Below are positions 41,590 to 50,808 of a DNA stretch of 64,000 nt, piece by piece. Below the pieces are notes generated by a model that worked only from the letters and a program-made list of their open reading frames with translations, had not been told where the DNA came from and did no database searches. Position numbers and translations under genes: made by a program. The stretch lies in the IMG/VR virus record IMGVR_UViG_3300044695_004869; one strand, 5' to 3'. The stretch comes from a virus (taxonomy: Duplodnaviria; Caudoviricetes). Every line of letters starts with the position of its first letter. Position 1 is the stretch's first letter.

Positions 41590-42509
41590 GAGTTATAATT
41601 TAAGATGTCATGCCATATCATATAGAATGGTTTTTGATTATTTGAATGTTCATTCCACATATTAAAATGAAATTCGTCATGTTCTCCTGATGAAAATGCG
41701 GAAAAATATAAATGAACAATTTCTTCATTGCTCATTCTATCTAATGCGATTTTCATTATCCCCTCTTCGGTACATAAGATACCGTGATTTAACACTGATT
41801 CAGTGAAGTTCCAAAAAAGATTAATATACTTTTTTAATACATTAGTATTACCTCCAATCATTCCACCAACAGGATACGGACTTTGGATTGTGTAATCAAT
41901 CAAACCTAAATTGTAAAAAGGATATGAAATTTGTGGGTTAATGGATGTTATTAAAGCAATTTTGTTTTCACACATTAAATTTAAATTATCAAATATTTTT
42001 GTGTTGAGTAATGATGAAAAATTATGTACATCATAATCTGACCACCAAGGTGCGGATAAATTTACGTGGTCTTCAATTTTATTGTATTTTTTTGAGTATC
42101 TCCACGGGAAAATTCCGGGATGTTGTAAACCAACATCTAACCAATAAACATAATCAAACCCCTCTAATTCTTTTTCAATGACTTCAAATTTACCCCACAT
42201 TATTTCAGGACCTCTACCATCTAAATCTGTGTTGAAGAATTTATCTCTAATTTCACTTATTTGTTTATGGTATTTCATATCAGATAACTCAAGTATTTTA
42301 ATTTCTAAATTACTTAAATTATAATCAGTTTTTATTTTGTTTAATTCTTCTAAATTTTTAGAATGTGTATAACAAACTACAGGTAAATTAATTCCCTGAC
42401 AATGTGAAATTAAAGATCCAATATATCTTGGTTTTCTTACATTTGTGGATCCTTGAAACGGATAACCGTTAACATCCATCCAATAAGCTGTTACAATTTT
42501 TGTCTTCAT
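41586..42509 (-). CDS. Second HtrL/YibB-like protein
   Basis: KIVTAYW, MWGKF, YVYWLDVGL, VGGMIGG, CTEEGIM. Confidence 0.5.
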   Translation of the reverse strand: MKTKIVTAYWMDVNGYPFQGSTNVRKPRYIGSLISHCQGINLPVVCYTHSKNLEELNKIKTDYNLSNLEIKILELSDMKYHKQISEIRDKFFNTDLDGRGPEIMWGKFEVIEKELEGFDYVYWLDVGLQHPGIFPWRYSKKYNKIEDHVNLSAPWWSDYDVHNFSSLLNTKIFDNLNLMCENKIALITSINPQISYPFYNLGLIDYTIQSPYPVGGMIGGNTNVLKKYINLFWNFTESVLNHGILCTEEGIMKIALDRMSNEEIVHLYFSAFSSGEHDEFHFNMWNEHSNNQKPFYMIWHDILNYNS

Positions 42510-42513
42510 ACTT

Positions 42514-43050
42514 TTATTTTTTTATACCCCAAAAGTATAAATCTTGAGGCCAAACACTTCTGGTCTCAAATTCATAACTTGAAAAAATTTCATCTACATT
42601 AATTTTTTCTCTAATATCTTCTTCGGATAAATTTCTATAATAATCTGTTTCCAATTGTGATGTAAATGGACTATTACTTGGGCTTGTTCTTTTTGTTCCG
42701 TGTTCGGGTCTACCAATACCGGCGCAAGTAAATGTGAAAATACCATCGGATTTTAAAAGATCAATCCCATTTTTAATTGTTAATTCCCAAAACTCATCAT
42801 GTTCAAAACATTCTGAAGAAATAACAACATCAAATTGATTTGGATCCTTATATTCGTGACCTCTTGAAACAACGTCAACATTGTTTCCTTCACCAATGTC
42901 AAGTCCAACATATTCGTAATCCTCAAATAAAAAACGATTATTACCGTTAATATCTAAGGATCCAATATCTAAAACCCTACAATTTTTAAATTTTTCCGTA
43001 AATTTAGATCTAACCGATTCTAAAAATATTCTTTGTTCTTCGTGTGCCAT
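42514..43050 (-). CDS. Class I SAM-dependent methyltransferase
   Basis: VLDIGSLDING...YVGLDI...DVV...FDVVISSECFEHD. Confidence 0.85.
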   Translation of the reverse strand: MAHEEQRIFLESVRSKFTEKFKNCRVLDIGSLDINGNNRFLFEDYEYVGLDIGEGNNVDVVSRGHEYKDPNQFDVVISSECFEHDEFWELTIKNGIDLLKSDGIFTFTCAGIGRPEHGTKRTSPSNSPFTSQLETDYYRNLSEEDIREKINVDEIFSSYEFETRSVWPQDLYFWGIKK

Positions 43051-43052
43051 AA

Positions 43053-43814
43053 TTAAAATCTTATATGATAATCCCCTGTTTTAGTGTAGAAAGCAAAACA
43101 AGAAGGTAAAAAGTGATTAAACACTCCATTGTAATTCCATTTCATTCCTGCCTCTAATGCCGATACCCCAATTTCAAAACCATCAGGATAATTTCTAATA
43201 TCGTTATGAATTGAATACCATAAAAACTGTTCCCATCTTTGAGTAAAGAATCTAAATTTGTAATTGTTTTTAAACACTAAACACTGTTCGTTTACAACGT
43301 GAGCATCATCCCATTTATCATATTCCAAAATATCGTAATCATAAATTTTATCCCTATAAAAACTATTTTCAGGATCTCTCCTACCATCACCAATACTTGC
43401 TGGTCTTTCAAAAACAAAGTCCAATTCTTCGTTCTCCATATAGTTTAACATATTTAATATTTTTTCTTCAGAAAAATTTTCGTGCATAATCCAATCTCCA
43501 TCTGTGAATATCACGTAATCAAATTTCTTAAATTCAGGGTTTAATCTTAACATTTCCTTTTCATTATTTAAAACTTGTTTAAGCGATAAACATTTATAAT
43601 TTAAATGGAAACTAAACCCTCCTCTTGAATCGTGTAAACTTTGTAATGATTCTCTATTGATATGAATTCTTTCGCCTAAATCAGGAAAGTCAGGATTATT
43701 TGTTGTAATAAAAAATTCACAATTTTGAGTTTTTTCTCTTAAACTTGTGTATAATTTGGCGGTGAATTCTTCATATGGCTCACCGACAGCCAAAGTTGTA
43801 AAACAGTATTTCAT
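43053..43814 (-). CDS. Putative GT-A glycosyltransferase
   Basis: FTTLAVGEPY, KCLSLK, YVIFTDGD (DxD), VNEQCLVF; inside GT operon. Confidence 0.5.
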   Translation of the reverse strand: MKYCFTTLAVGEPYEEFTAKLYTSLREKTQNCEFFITTNNPDFPDLGERIHINRESLQSLHDSRGGFSFHLNYKCLSLKQVLNNEKEMLRLNPEFKKFDYVIFTDGDWIMHENFSEEKILNMLNYMENEELDFVFERPASIGDGRRDPENSFYRDKIYDYDILEYDKWDDAHVVNEQCLVFKNNYKFRFFTQRWEQFLWYSIHNDIRNYPDGFEIGVSALEAGMKWNYNGVFNHFLPSCFAFYTKTGDYHIRF

Positions 43815-43815
43815 T

Positions 43816-44496
43816 TTATAAATTTATTTCGTTTATATAGTTTAGGCATTGAACTCCACTTGGTTTTGTGGGTTCGTCATTTTCATCCATTTGCATTCCG
43901 ATAAAAAAGTTTTTATCGTCTCTTGGAATATAGTTAGTTCTAATGTCGTATCCGCAATAAAACACCTCATCATTACTAATATTCTCCATGTATATTCTTA
44001 AGATCTCTTGATCGGCACCCCAAACTAATTCATGTGTATTAACAAAATTAATGAAGTGATCCCCAAACTCTTTTATTTTTCTTTTAATCCCATACAATCC
44101 ACTTGGTACTGGTGCGTGCCATGGATGATCTCTAATTATAAAATAATCAAGACCACTATCCATCCATTTATTAATGTACTCAACCTCTCTATCACTAAAT
44201 CGACTATCAAGGTCTCTTGCAATTACAGGAACATCTTCTAAGAATGCTAAAAACCTCCAAAAGAAAGGATAATGGATTGATTCTTTTCCACCCAAATCCA
44301 TTCCATTAACATTAATAAGGGTTCCTCCCAATTCTTTTAATTTATCAACAACACCATCTAAGATCATGTTTTCGTGGTAATAAATCCTAACTTCCCAATC
44401 AGGAAGTAAATTTTTTATTTCTGTTATATTTTTTTCTGCCCCAACATAATATTTTGGTTCAGTTCCGAATAAAGAGAAGGATACTATTGGTTTCAT
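43816..44496 (-). CDS. Putative GT-A glycosyltransferase (RDxDSR family)
   Basis: VSFSLFG...KYYVGAEKN, FWRFLAF, IARDLDSRFSDRE, IRDHPWH, GADQ. Confidence 0.5.
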   Translation of the reverse strand: MKPIVSFSLFGTEPKYYVGAEKNITEIKNLLPDWEVRIYYHENMILDGVVDKLKELGGTLINVNGMDLGGKESIHYPFFWRFLAFLEDVPVIARDLDSRFSDREVEYINKWMDSGLDYFIIRDHPWHAPVPSGLYGIKRKIKEFGDHFINFVNTHELVWGADQEILRIYMENISNDEVFYCGYDIRTNYIPRDDKNFFIGMQMDENDEPTKPSGVQCLNYINEINL

Positions 44497-45347
44497 CTTT
44501 TGTATATGTCTGTTACGTTTATAAATTCATATCTTGGTTCGTCATCAACAACTAAGTTTACATATGTGTTGAAAACTGAGTTATTTGAGTTTTTACCTGA
44601 GTTTGGACCATCATTGGTTATGGGCCAATATATTTTATCGGCATTAGATAAAAAACAAGCCCAAAATGAAAATGTGCCTTGAGCCGCTATAATTTTATTA
44701 AAAGATGTTATTTGTGAAAATACATCTATTATCGTCCCATCAATTATTATTGGGTTATATTTTGTTAATTTTTCTAATAACGAGGTATGTCTATCTAAAT
44801 GATCTAAACTAATGTATAAATTATCAAAACTTTCATTCTCAATAATATTTGTATAATAATCATCAGGTAAAACAAATGACCCATCTATTCTACTATTTCT
44901 TAACATTATTACAATATCGTTATTGTTTCTTTTTGGTAAAACTAAAGAACTATAGTACGACTTAACCATTTCTTTATATGGTTTAATGTAATCATATTTT
45001 GAAAAATAACATTGGTTTAGAAATCCATGATTTGGGTATTCCTCTATTAACCTTTGAATTGAACCGAAATGTACGATGTCGTTATCACTAATAACTTTAA
45101 TAGGTGAGGATACATCTTTTCTACCATCAATGCCCTTAAATGGAAATATTTGATCTTCATATAAACCGGTTAATCTATCTTCTCTCCTAATGAGGGCATC
45201 GTCAGGGGTTATAAAGTTATAATCTAAAAGATCTGCAATAATTCTACATCCCGCATAAATAAAAAGTTTGTTACCAAAGTTTTTTTTGGGAGATGAAAAA
45301 TGTTTACCACCTAAAAATGATTCGTATTCGTCGTACTGTTCAATCAT
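44493..45347 (-). CDS. Alpha-1,2-fucosyltransferase-like (GT11)
   Basis: FGNKLFIYA, IVIMLRNS, LPDDYY, IIAAQGTFSFWACFL, resembling the GT11 GNQMF / HxRRGD / NSTFSWW motifs. Confidence 0.65.
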   Translation of the reverse strand: MIEQYDEYESFLGGKHFSSPKKNFGNKLFIYAGCRIIADLLDYNFITPDDALIRREDRLTGLYEDQIFPFKGIDGRKDVSSPIKVISDNDIVHFGSIQRLIEEYPNHGFLNQCYFSKYDYIKPYKEMVKSYYSSLVLPKRNNNDIVIMLRNSRIDGSFVLPDDYYTNIIENESFDNLYISLDHLDRHTSLLEKLTKYNPIIIDGTIIDVFSQITSFNKIIAAQGTFSFWACFLSNADKIYWPITNDGPNSGKNSNNSVFNTYVNLVVDDEPRYEFINVTDIYKR

Positions 45348-46591
45348 AAGTTACCTGTAATTCTATCACACCACCCTTTTGATGTGCTATATGGCCAAAC
45401 AACCCAATACTTTGGTTTGTGTACCGTTTGGAAATCTCTCCATACTTTACAATATCCGTCAGGATCATTCATCATCATATTAATTTCATTAATATCGGCA
45501 TCTTTTCTAAAGATTGTTTCATCGTTCTCATCATGGAATGCAACAACCCAAAACTCATAATCTTTTTCCGGAACTTGAGTAAATCCAACATCAATACAAT
45601 GTTTGAATATTGATGCATAACTTGCCATCAATTCTTCTTCAGTTTCAAAAATGTAAGGGTTTGGTGGGTAGTTTTTATCTAAGGTATATTGTTGGACAGC
45701 TCTTTTAGAAAATAAAAGACCTGAATAGATTTCATATTCTCTTAATGTTCTTTCGGTTCCAAATCCATATTTACTGAAGTCCATTGTAACTTCTTCACCA
45801 TCCATACCAAATAACTGACGATTCTTTTGGTGTGATAAATTATTTTTATTAACCCAATCTTTATCGTCATCCCATTGTTTGGTTCTACCTTTACGAGTAT
45901 ATTCGTGCCAAATAACAACTTTGTGTGGGTGGAATAAATCATAACCGTGAGTATATGCTCTAACGGCAATTGAAATCTCTTCTCCGTGGAAATAGAACTC
46001 AGGATCATGTTGAACCTCTTCACTAAATTGACCTAAAGTAAATGCGAAGTGTGCGGAATAAAACCTTGCGGTAACAGGTTCTTTCATTTCTTGCCAACCT
46101 GGAATTGTTTCAGGTAAAAAGAACACGGCACCTTCGGGAATAAATCTATCAAACGCCATTCTCCAAGGTTCCTGTACTCTACCCGCAGGATCATTATCAG
46201 GATCAAACGAAGAAACATAACCCGTTAATAGTGGTTTCTCAAAACCTTTTTTCTGAAGTTGTTTAACCATTTTGATTAAAGTATCATCCCAATCCTTTTC
46301 AAATCTCATGTGGGAGTCAATTTGTAATGTATATTCTTCACCTTCGTATAATTGTTGAACTTGGTTTCTTGCCCAACAAACACCTTTTGAATCTGAATAT
46401 AAAACATCCAAGATTCTAAATCTTTTATCTTTACGATATTCTTCTAGTAAATCAAATTGATCATCGGGGTTATATTGTCTACAAATTCCAATTCTTAAAT
46501 TCTTAGGTTTTTTTGCGTTTTCCAACATATTTTTAATTGTTGGTTCCAATTGAGGATCACGATATGCTGCGATTTGAACAAATATTTTCAT
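45344..46591 (-). CDS. GT60 polypeptide/hydroxyproline alpha-GlcNAc transferase-like (Gnt1/Gnt2 family)
   Basis: IFVQIAAYRDPQL, KGVCWAR, YTLQIDSHMRF..DWD, FYSAHFAF, DPEFYFHGEEISIAVRAYTHGYDLFHP...WHEY. Confidence 0.8.
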   Translation of the reverse strand: MKIFVQIAAYRDPQLEPTIKNMLENAKKPKNLRIGICRQYNPDDQFDLLEEYRKDKRFRILDVLYSDSKGVCWARNQVQQLYEGEEYTLQIDSHMRFEKDWDDTLIKMVKQLQKKGFEKPLLTGYVSSFDPDNDPAGRVQEPWRMAFDRFIPEGAVFFLPETIPGWQEMKEPVTARFYSAHFAFTLGQFSEEVQHDPEFYFHGEEISIAVRAYTHGYDLFHPHKVVIWHEYTRKGRTKQWDDDKDWVNKNNLSHQKNRQLFGMDGEEVTMDFSKYGFGTERTLREYEIYSGLLFSKRAVQQYTLDKNYPPNPYIFETEEELMASYASIFKHCIDVGFTQVPEKDYEFWVVAFHDENDETIFRKDADINEINMMMNDPDGYCKVWRDFQTVHKPKYWVVWPYSTSKGWCDRITGNL

Positions 46592-46647
46592 ATGATTTTT
46601 TATTTTAATAATAAAATATCAAATCAAAAAAACAATAGTAAATGATA

Positions 46648-48447
46648 TTATCCTGAACAAGGATTTGATGTAATACAACTACTACAAGTTGCACCTATAG
46701 GCAATAAGGTTCCAACAACTGATGGACTTCCACTTGTCTGAGATACTGTTTGATAACATTGACCACCAATTAAAACTAATCTTGGTCCAAGTCCTGAGGA
46801 TGGTAATATGACATATTTTTGAAGACCCGGTATACAACAAGAAGTTGCTAAATAAATAGTACCCGGTGTCCTTGTTGGTGTTGGAGTTTTAGTTTTAGTT
46901 GGTGTTGGAGTTTTAGTTTTAGTTGGAGTTACGGTCATTGTTGGGGTCATTGTCATAGTTTGTGTTGGTGTTGGTGTTAGACAAGGATTACTTGTGGTAC
47001 AAGCATTACAATCTGAGTAAGTATTAGAATTCCAAAACAATGTTACCGGACCACTCAAAGTTGAACTAAGAAAATAACACCCTCCATTTGTTGCTGTTAT
47101 TACTGTGTTAATACTAAATGAAGATGGTAAACTCATAAATCCATCAAGTGGATATGATCCACTACAACTATCACAAGTTTTAACATAAAAAACCAAGAAC
47201 CCTGTTGTGGGTGTTACGGTTGGTGTCACAGTTGGTGTTGAAGTGTTAGTTGGTGTAATCGTATTAGTTGGAGTAACTGTTGGTGTTAAAGTATTAGTTG
47301 GAGTTATAGTATTTGTTGGTGTTACGGTCGAAGTAATAGTATTTGTTGGGGTATTCGTTGGTGTTGGTGTTTTTGTTGAAGTAATGGTATTAGTTGGGGT
47401 AATGGTATTAGTTGGGGTAATAGTATTAGTTGGAGTAATAGTATTAGTTGGAGTAATAGTATTAGTTGGGGTAATAGTATTTGTTATAGTATTAGTTGGG
47501 GTGTTAGTTGGTGTGTTGGTTGGTGTTATAGTATTAGTTGGGGTGTTAGTTGGGGTCGGAGGTGGATCTGTTGACGTATTAGTGGGGGTTGGTGTATTAG
47601 TTGATGTATTAGTTGGGGTTGGACTATTATTTGGAGTAACTGGAGGTGTTGAAGTCATTGTATTTGTTGGGGTGTTGGTTGGTGTCTCAGTTGGAGTAAT
47701 TGTTGGTGTGTTTGTTATTGTGTTAGTTGGGGTATTTGTTATCGTTGGGGTTGGAGTTAAAGTTTTAGTTGGTGTTTTGGTAATAGTTGGAGTTAATGTT
47801 GATGTAATGGATGGAGTACTAGTAATTGTATTAGTTGGTGTATTAGTAGGTGTTAACGTATTAGTTGGTGTATTAGTAGGTGTTAATGTTGGTGTTGCCG
47901 TATTTGATGGAGTAAAATTAGGTGTTGGGGTATTACTTGGTGTAATTGTTTGAGTTGGTGTTGGTGATGGTATTGGAACACAATCACCATTAACACAAGC
48001 AATCCCAATATAAATAATTAGACCATTTATATTAGTTGGGTTACTCCCACAAAAATATTGGATTAAATTTGGACCTACAGATATATTTGTTTGTAATGTC
48101 CCACTACAATCTACATAATCAAAATAACCGGTAATTGATAATGTTGGGTTAATAACTGACAAACAATTACATGGATTTACCAGTGTTGATGTTGGGGTAA
48201 GAGTAACCGTTGGGGTTGGAGTCGGAGTAACAGGGCACGTGTATAACTCAAATGTCTCACATCCGTCATAGTCAATAAGTTTAATTATAATTGATGTTGA
48301 GGTATCTAATGGTGGTGGTACGGTAAATTGAAAAGGTAATGTTACTCCATTCGCAACCAAATAGCAAAACGTATTTGTTATATCACAAACATAAACATCA
48401 TATGGGGCAACACCTGTTGAGGTAAGTATATCAACTACTTGAGACAT
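46648..48447 (-). CDS. Mucin-like Thr/Pro/Asn-rich protein with Cys-rich terminal modules
   Basis: About 250-aa ([12 protein letters not shown])n stalk; 18-nt tandem repeats near 47390-47480. Confidence 0.7.
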   Translation of the reverse strand: MSQVVDILTSTGVAPYDVYVCDITNTFCYLVANGVTLPFQFTVPPPLDTSTSIIIKLIDYDGCETFELYTCPVTPTPTPTVTLTPTSTLVNPCNCLSVINPTLSITGYFDYVDCSGTLQTNISVGPNLIQYFCGSNPTNINGLIIYIGIACVNGDCVPIPSPTPTQTITPSNTPTPNFTPSNTATPTLTPTNTPTNTLTPTNTPTNTITSTPSITSTLTPTITKTPTKTLTPTPTITNTPTNTITNTPTITPTETPTNTPTNTMTSTPPVTPNNSPTPTNTSTNTPTPTNTSTDPPPTPTNTPTNTITPTNTPTNTPTNTITNTITPTNTITPTNTITPTNTITPTNTITPTNTITSTKTPTPTNTPTNTITSTVTPTNTITPTNTLTPTVTPTNTITPTNTSTPTVTPTVTPTTGFLVFYVKTCDSCSGSYPLDGFMSLPSSFSINTVITATNGGCYFLSSTLSGPVTLFWNSNTYSDCNACTTSNPCLTPTPTQTMTMTPTMTVTPTKTKTPTPTKTKTPTPTRTPGTIYLATSCCIPGLQKYVILPSSGLGPRLVLIGGQCYQTVSQTSGSPSVVGTLLPIGATCSSCITSNPCSG

Positions 48448-48520
48448 TAAATTCTTTTAATATAAATATTGATTTTTATATTTAATTAATAGGTAAAATA
48501 ATATTACAGTAAATATATCC

Positions 48521-49510
48521 TTACAATCCAAATCTTGACTTAGTTGAGTTCCAATAAGATGTTACTTGACTTTGATCTAATGCTTTATCATAAATGTTAA
48601 CTATTGATAAATAACCACCCCAATGATCAGCAAAATCCCATCTTCTCATCAATCTTATTCCTGCATTACTTGATGATGGTTGACCACCTGTGGTTGATGT
48701 TGTACTTAATAATACATTATTTACATACACCCTAACAACTTGGCTTGAGTCACAAGTTGTAACAATATTATACCAAGTATTTGCAGTTAAACCAAATTGT
48801 GGTGATAATTGGAACCCTCCATTAAAATATCCTCCTTGAGCAACCGCTCCTTGAGGTTTACCAAGAACGTAGTTAATTGAACCCCCAACAAACACTTCAG
48901 TTAGTATACATGGGAATTCTGAGGTATTAACACCATCCCAATTATGCCAAACAGATGTTGTGAATTCGGGAAGTGATTGTAAACTTGTACTACATTCCGC
49001 ATATTGACCGCCAGGTGCGAAGAAATAAAATTTACCACCATCACCTGGATCATAACCAGGACCATTAATTAAATTAAATGCCTTACCACCAATTAAATCA
49101 GTCCAAGTAGTTCCTGTTCCGGGATAACTTAATGGGTTACCCGCATCTAAAGATAATACAGGAGATATATATGAATTCCAATATCCATTTGAGGTTAGTG
49201 CTGACGAAGCTTCTACGGGATTATTGTAATTCTCATTTAAAAGTATATTTGCAATATCAACAAATTCACTATCATTAAACCCACTAGTTCTAAAAAATCC
49301 GACTGAACCTGTTACGCCAGGTACTGGTGTTGGTTGACTATCATCAGGAACAGATTGTGCAATTACATAACCCAAATCTTCATCAGGTCCGTTCCACCAC
49401 TCCATTCCGGTGTATCCGGATGTTGGGTATCCTATTGCCAAATCACCCACTTGTATTGTTCCTGAAATTGGTGAACCCGTATTATATGAAAAAGGTCTTG
49501 TTGTTGGCAT
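48521..49510 (-). CDS. LamG/concanavalin-A-like domain virion protein
   Basis: LSLDAGNPLSYPGTGTTWTDL, WYNIVTT...VRVYVNN, GYLSIVNIYDKALDQSQV. Confidence 0.75.
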   Translation of the reverse strand: MPTTRPFSYNTGSPISGTIQVGDLAIGYPTSGYTGMEWWNGPDEDLGYVIAQSVPDDSQPTPVPGVTGSVGFFRTSGFNDSEFVDIANILLNENYNNPVEASSALTSNGYWNSYISPVLSLDAGNPLSYPGTGTTWTDLIGGKAFNLINGPGYDPGDGGKFYFFAPGGQYAECSTSLQSLPEFTTSVWHNWDGVNTSEFPCILTEVFVGGSINYVLGKPQGAVAQGGYFNGGFQLSPQFGLTANTWYNIVTTCDSSQVVRVYVNNVLLSTTSTTGGQPSSSNAGIRLMRRWDFADHWGGYLSIVNIYDKALDQSQVTSYWNSTKSRFGL

Positions 49511-49538
49511 AATAGTTTTTAATAATAAATATCAATAA

Positions 49539-50477
49539 CTATATAATTTCTAATACCTTATTATATACAATAAGTGGATTTGGGTGACACTCAAATGTTT
49601 CTTTTCTTTCTAAACAATTAACTAAAGATGGTATACCTTGAATTGATTGCCACTCTCTAACACCATATTTCATATCTGACGCACAGTGTAAACCACATCC
49701 CCCTCTTACATAATGATATTTATATTCTTGGGAACCTTTTCTATATGGAGATCTAAACTCAGGGTTAATTGAACTACCAAGTTGTATTATTTCACAATCT
49801 GTTGTTCCTGCTAAATGTAACAACCCTGAATCCATTGTAATAAAACACATAGATTTATTGATGAGATGCCAAGTTTGAGATAGTGGGGTTTGATTCATTA
49901 AATTTAAACCTAAATCAATTGGGAAATTAAATACGGGTTTATCTACATTAGACCCACCAAGTTCTGAAGAATCTTTTCCTACCGATATAACCGCAATTCC
50001 TTTTTGATTTAAAAGTTTAACAAGTAGTTGCCATTTTTTTGCGTCCCACGTTCTTGAATTCCAATTTTGTACGGGGTGAATTAAAACATATTTTTCGGGT
50101 AAACCATCAATTGGTTGATATTGATGAGGTATATATTCCAATTCCATCTCATCTTTGGTTAACATAAAACCAAGATTAATTGCGTGGAATTGTCTAATAT
50201 CCATTGCGTTATGTTTATAACAAACACCATTCGGATGATATCCAACATTAAATGAGTTAAAGATCTCGTATTCTTTTTTCTGTTCTTCAGATATAATATT
50301 TGAAACCTCATCATAAACAACATCAACATATGGGTTGTTTGAAAATAGATATGGGTGATGAGTTATAACTGAAATTTTTTGATTATAACTATTAAAAAGT
50401 TTTCTAAGTGTGGGGGTTACACATAACGTATCACCTAATGCTCTTGCGTTTGAAATATCAACACATACTTTCTTCAT
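49539..50477 (-). CDS. GT9/heptosyltransferase-like GT-B enzyme with C-terminal Cys4 cluster
   Basis: ALGDTLCVTPTLRKL, YVLIHP..NWNSRTW, FITMDSGLLHLAG; CGLHC...C...C. Confidence 0.75.
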   Translation of the reverse strand: MKKVCVDISNARALGDTLCVTPTLRKLFNSYNQKISVITHHPYLFSNNPYVDVVYDEVSNIISEEQKKEYEIFNSFNVGYHPNGVCYKHNAMDIRQFHAINLGFMLTKDEMELEYIPHQYQPIDGLPEKYVLIHPVQNWNSRTWDAKKWQLLVKLLNQKGIAVISVGKDSSELGGSNVDKPVFNFPIDLGLNLMNQTPLSQTWHLINKSMCFITMDSGLLHLAGTTDCEIIQLGSSINPEFRSPYRKGSQEYKYHYVRGGCGLHCASDMKYGVREWQSIQGIPSLVNCLERKETFECHPNPLIVYNKVLEII

Positions 50478-50515
50478 ATGTTAAGTATAAAGTATGTTGT
50501 TAAAAAATAAATAAG

Positions 50516-50794
50516 TTATGGTGTCATCATTAAAGGATTTGGGTCTGTCCATTCCGGTGTTCCCAAAATTACTAATATCTCCTCATAAGTATAAGGACCT
50601 TCTTTTGTGTTTAGATTACTTACACATGACGGTATCGTACCATCCCATTTTACAAATGTTTTTGTTTCATTAACTGATTTTCTAACGGTTTCTGATGATG
50701 TTTCTAACACCGTGTTAAAGTCAATTTGATTTAACTCACTAACATTAAAGATCATAAATCTTCTATTGTCGTATTCTTGTAATTGTGTTTCCAT
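50516..50794 (-). CDS. Conserved phage hypothetical protein
   Basis: IDFNTVLETSSETVRKS...TFVKWDG...EGPYTYEEI. Confidence 0.5.
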   Translation of the reverse strand: METQLQEYDNRRFMIFNVSELNQIDFNTVLETSSETVRKSVNETKTFVKWDGTIPSCVSNLNTKEGPYTYEEILVILGTPEWTDPNPLMMTP

Positions 50795-50808
50795 AATAAT
50801 AAATATAT

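Noticed and set aside
47207-47953. Plus-strand VGV-rich ORFs (also 31478-31831 and 37976-38206)
   Set aside because: Antisense shadows of Thr/Pro-coding repeats
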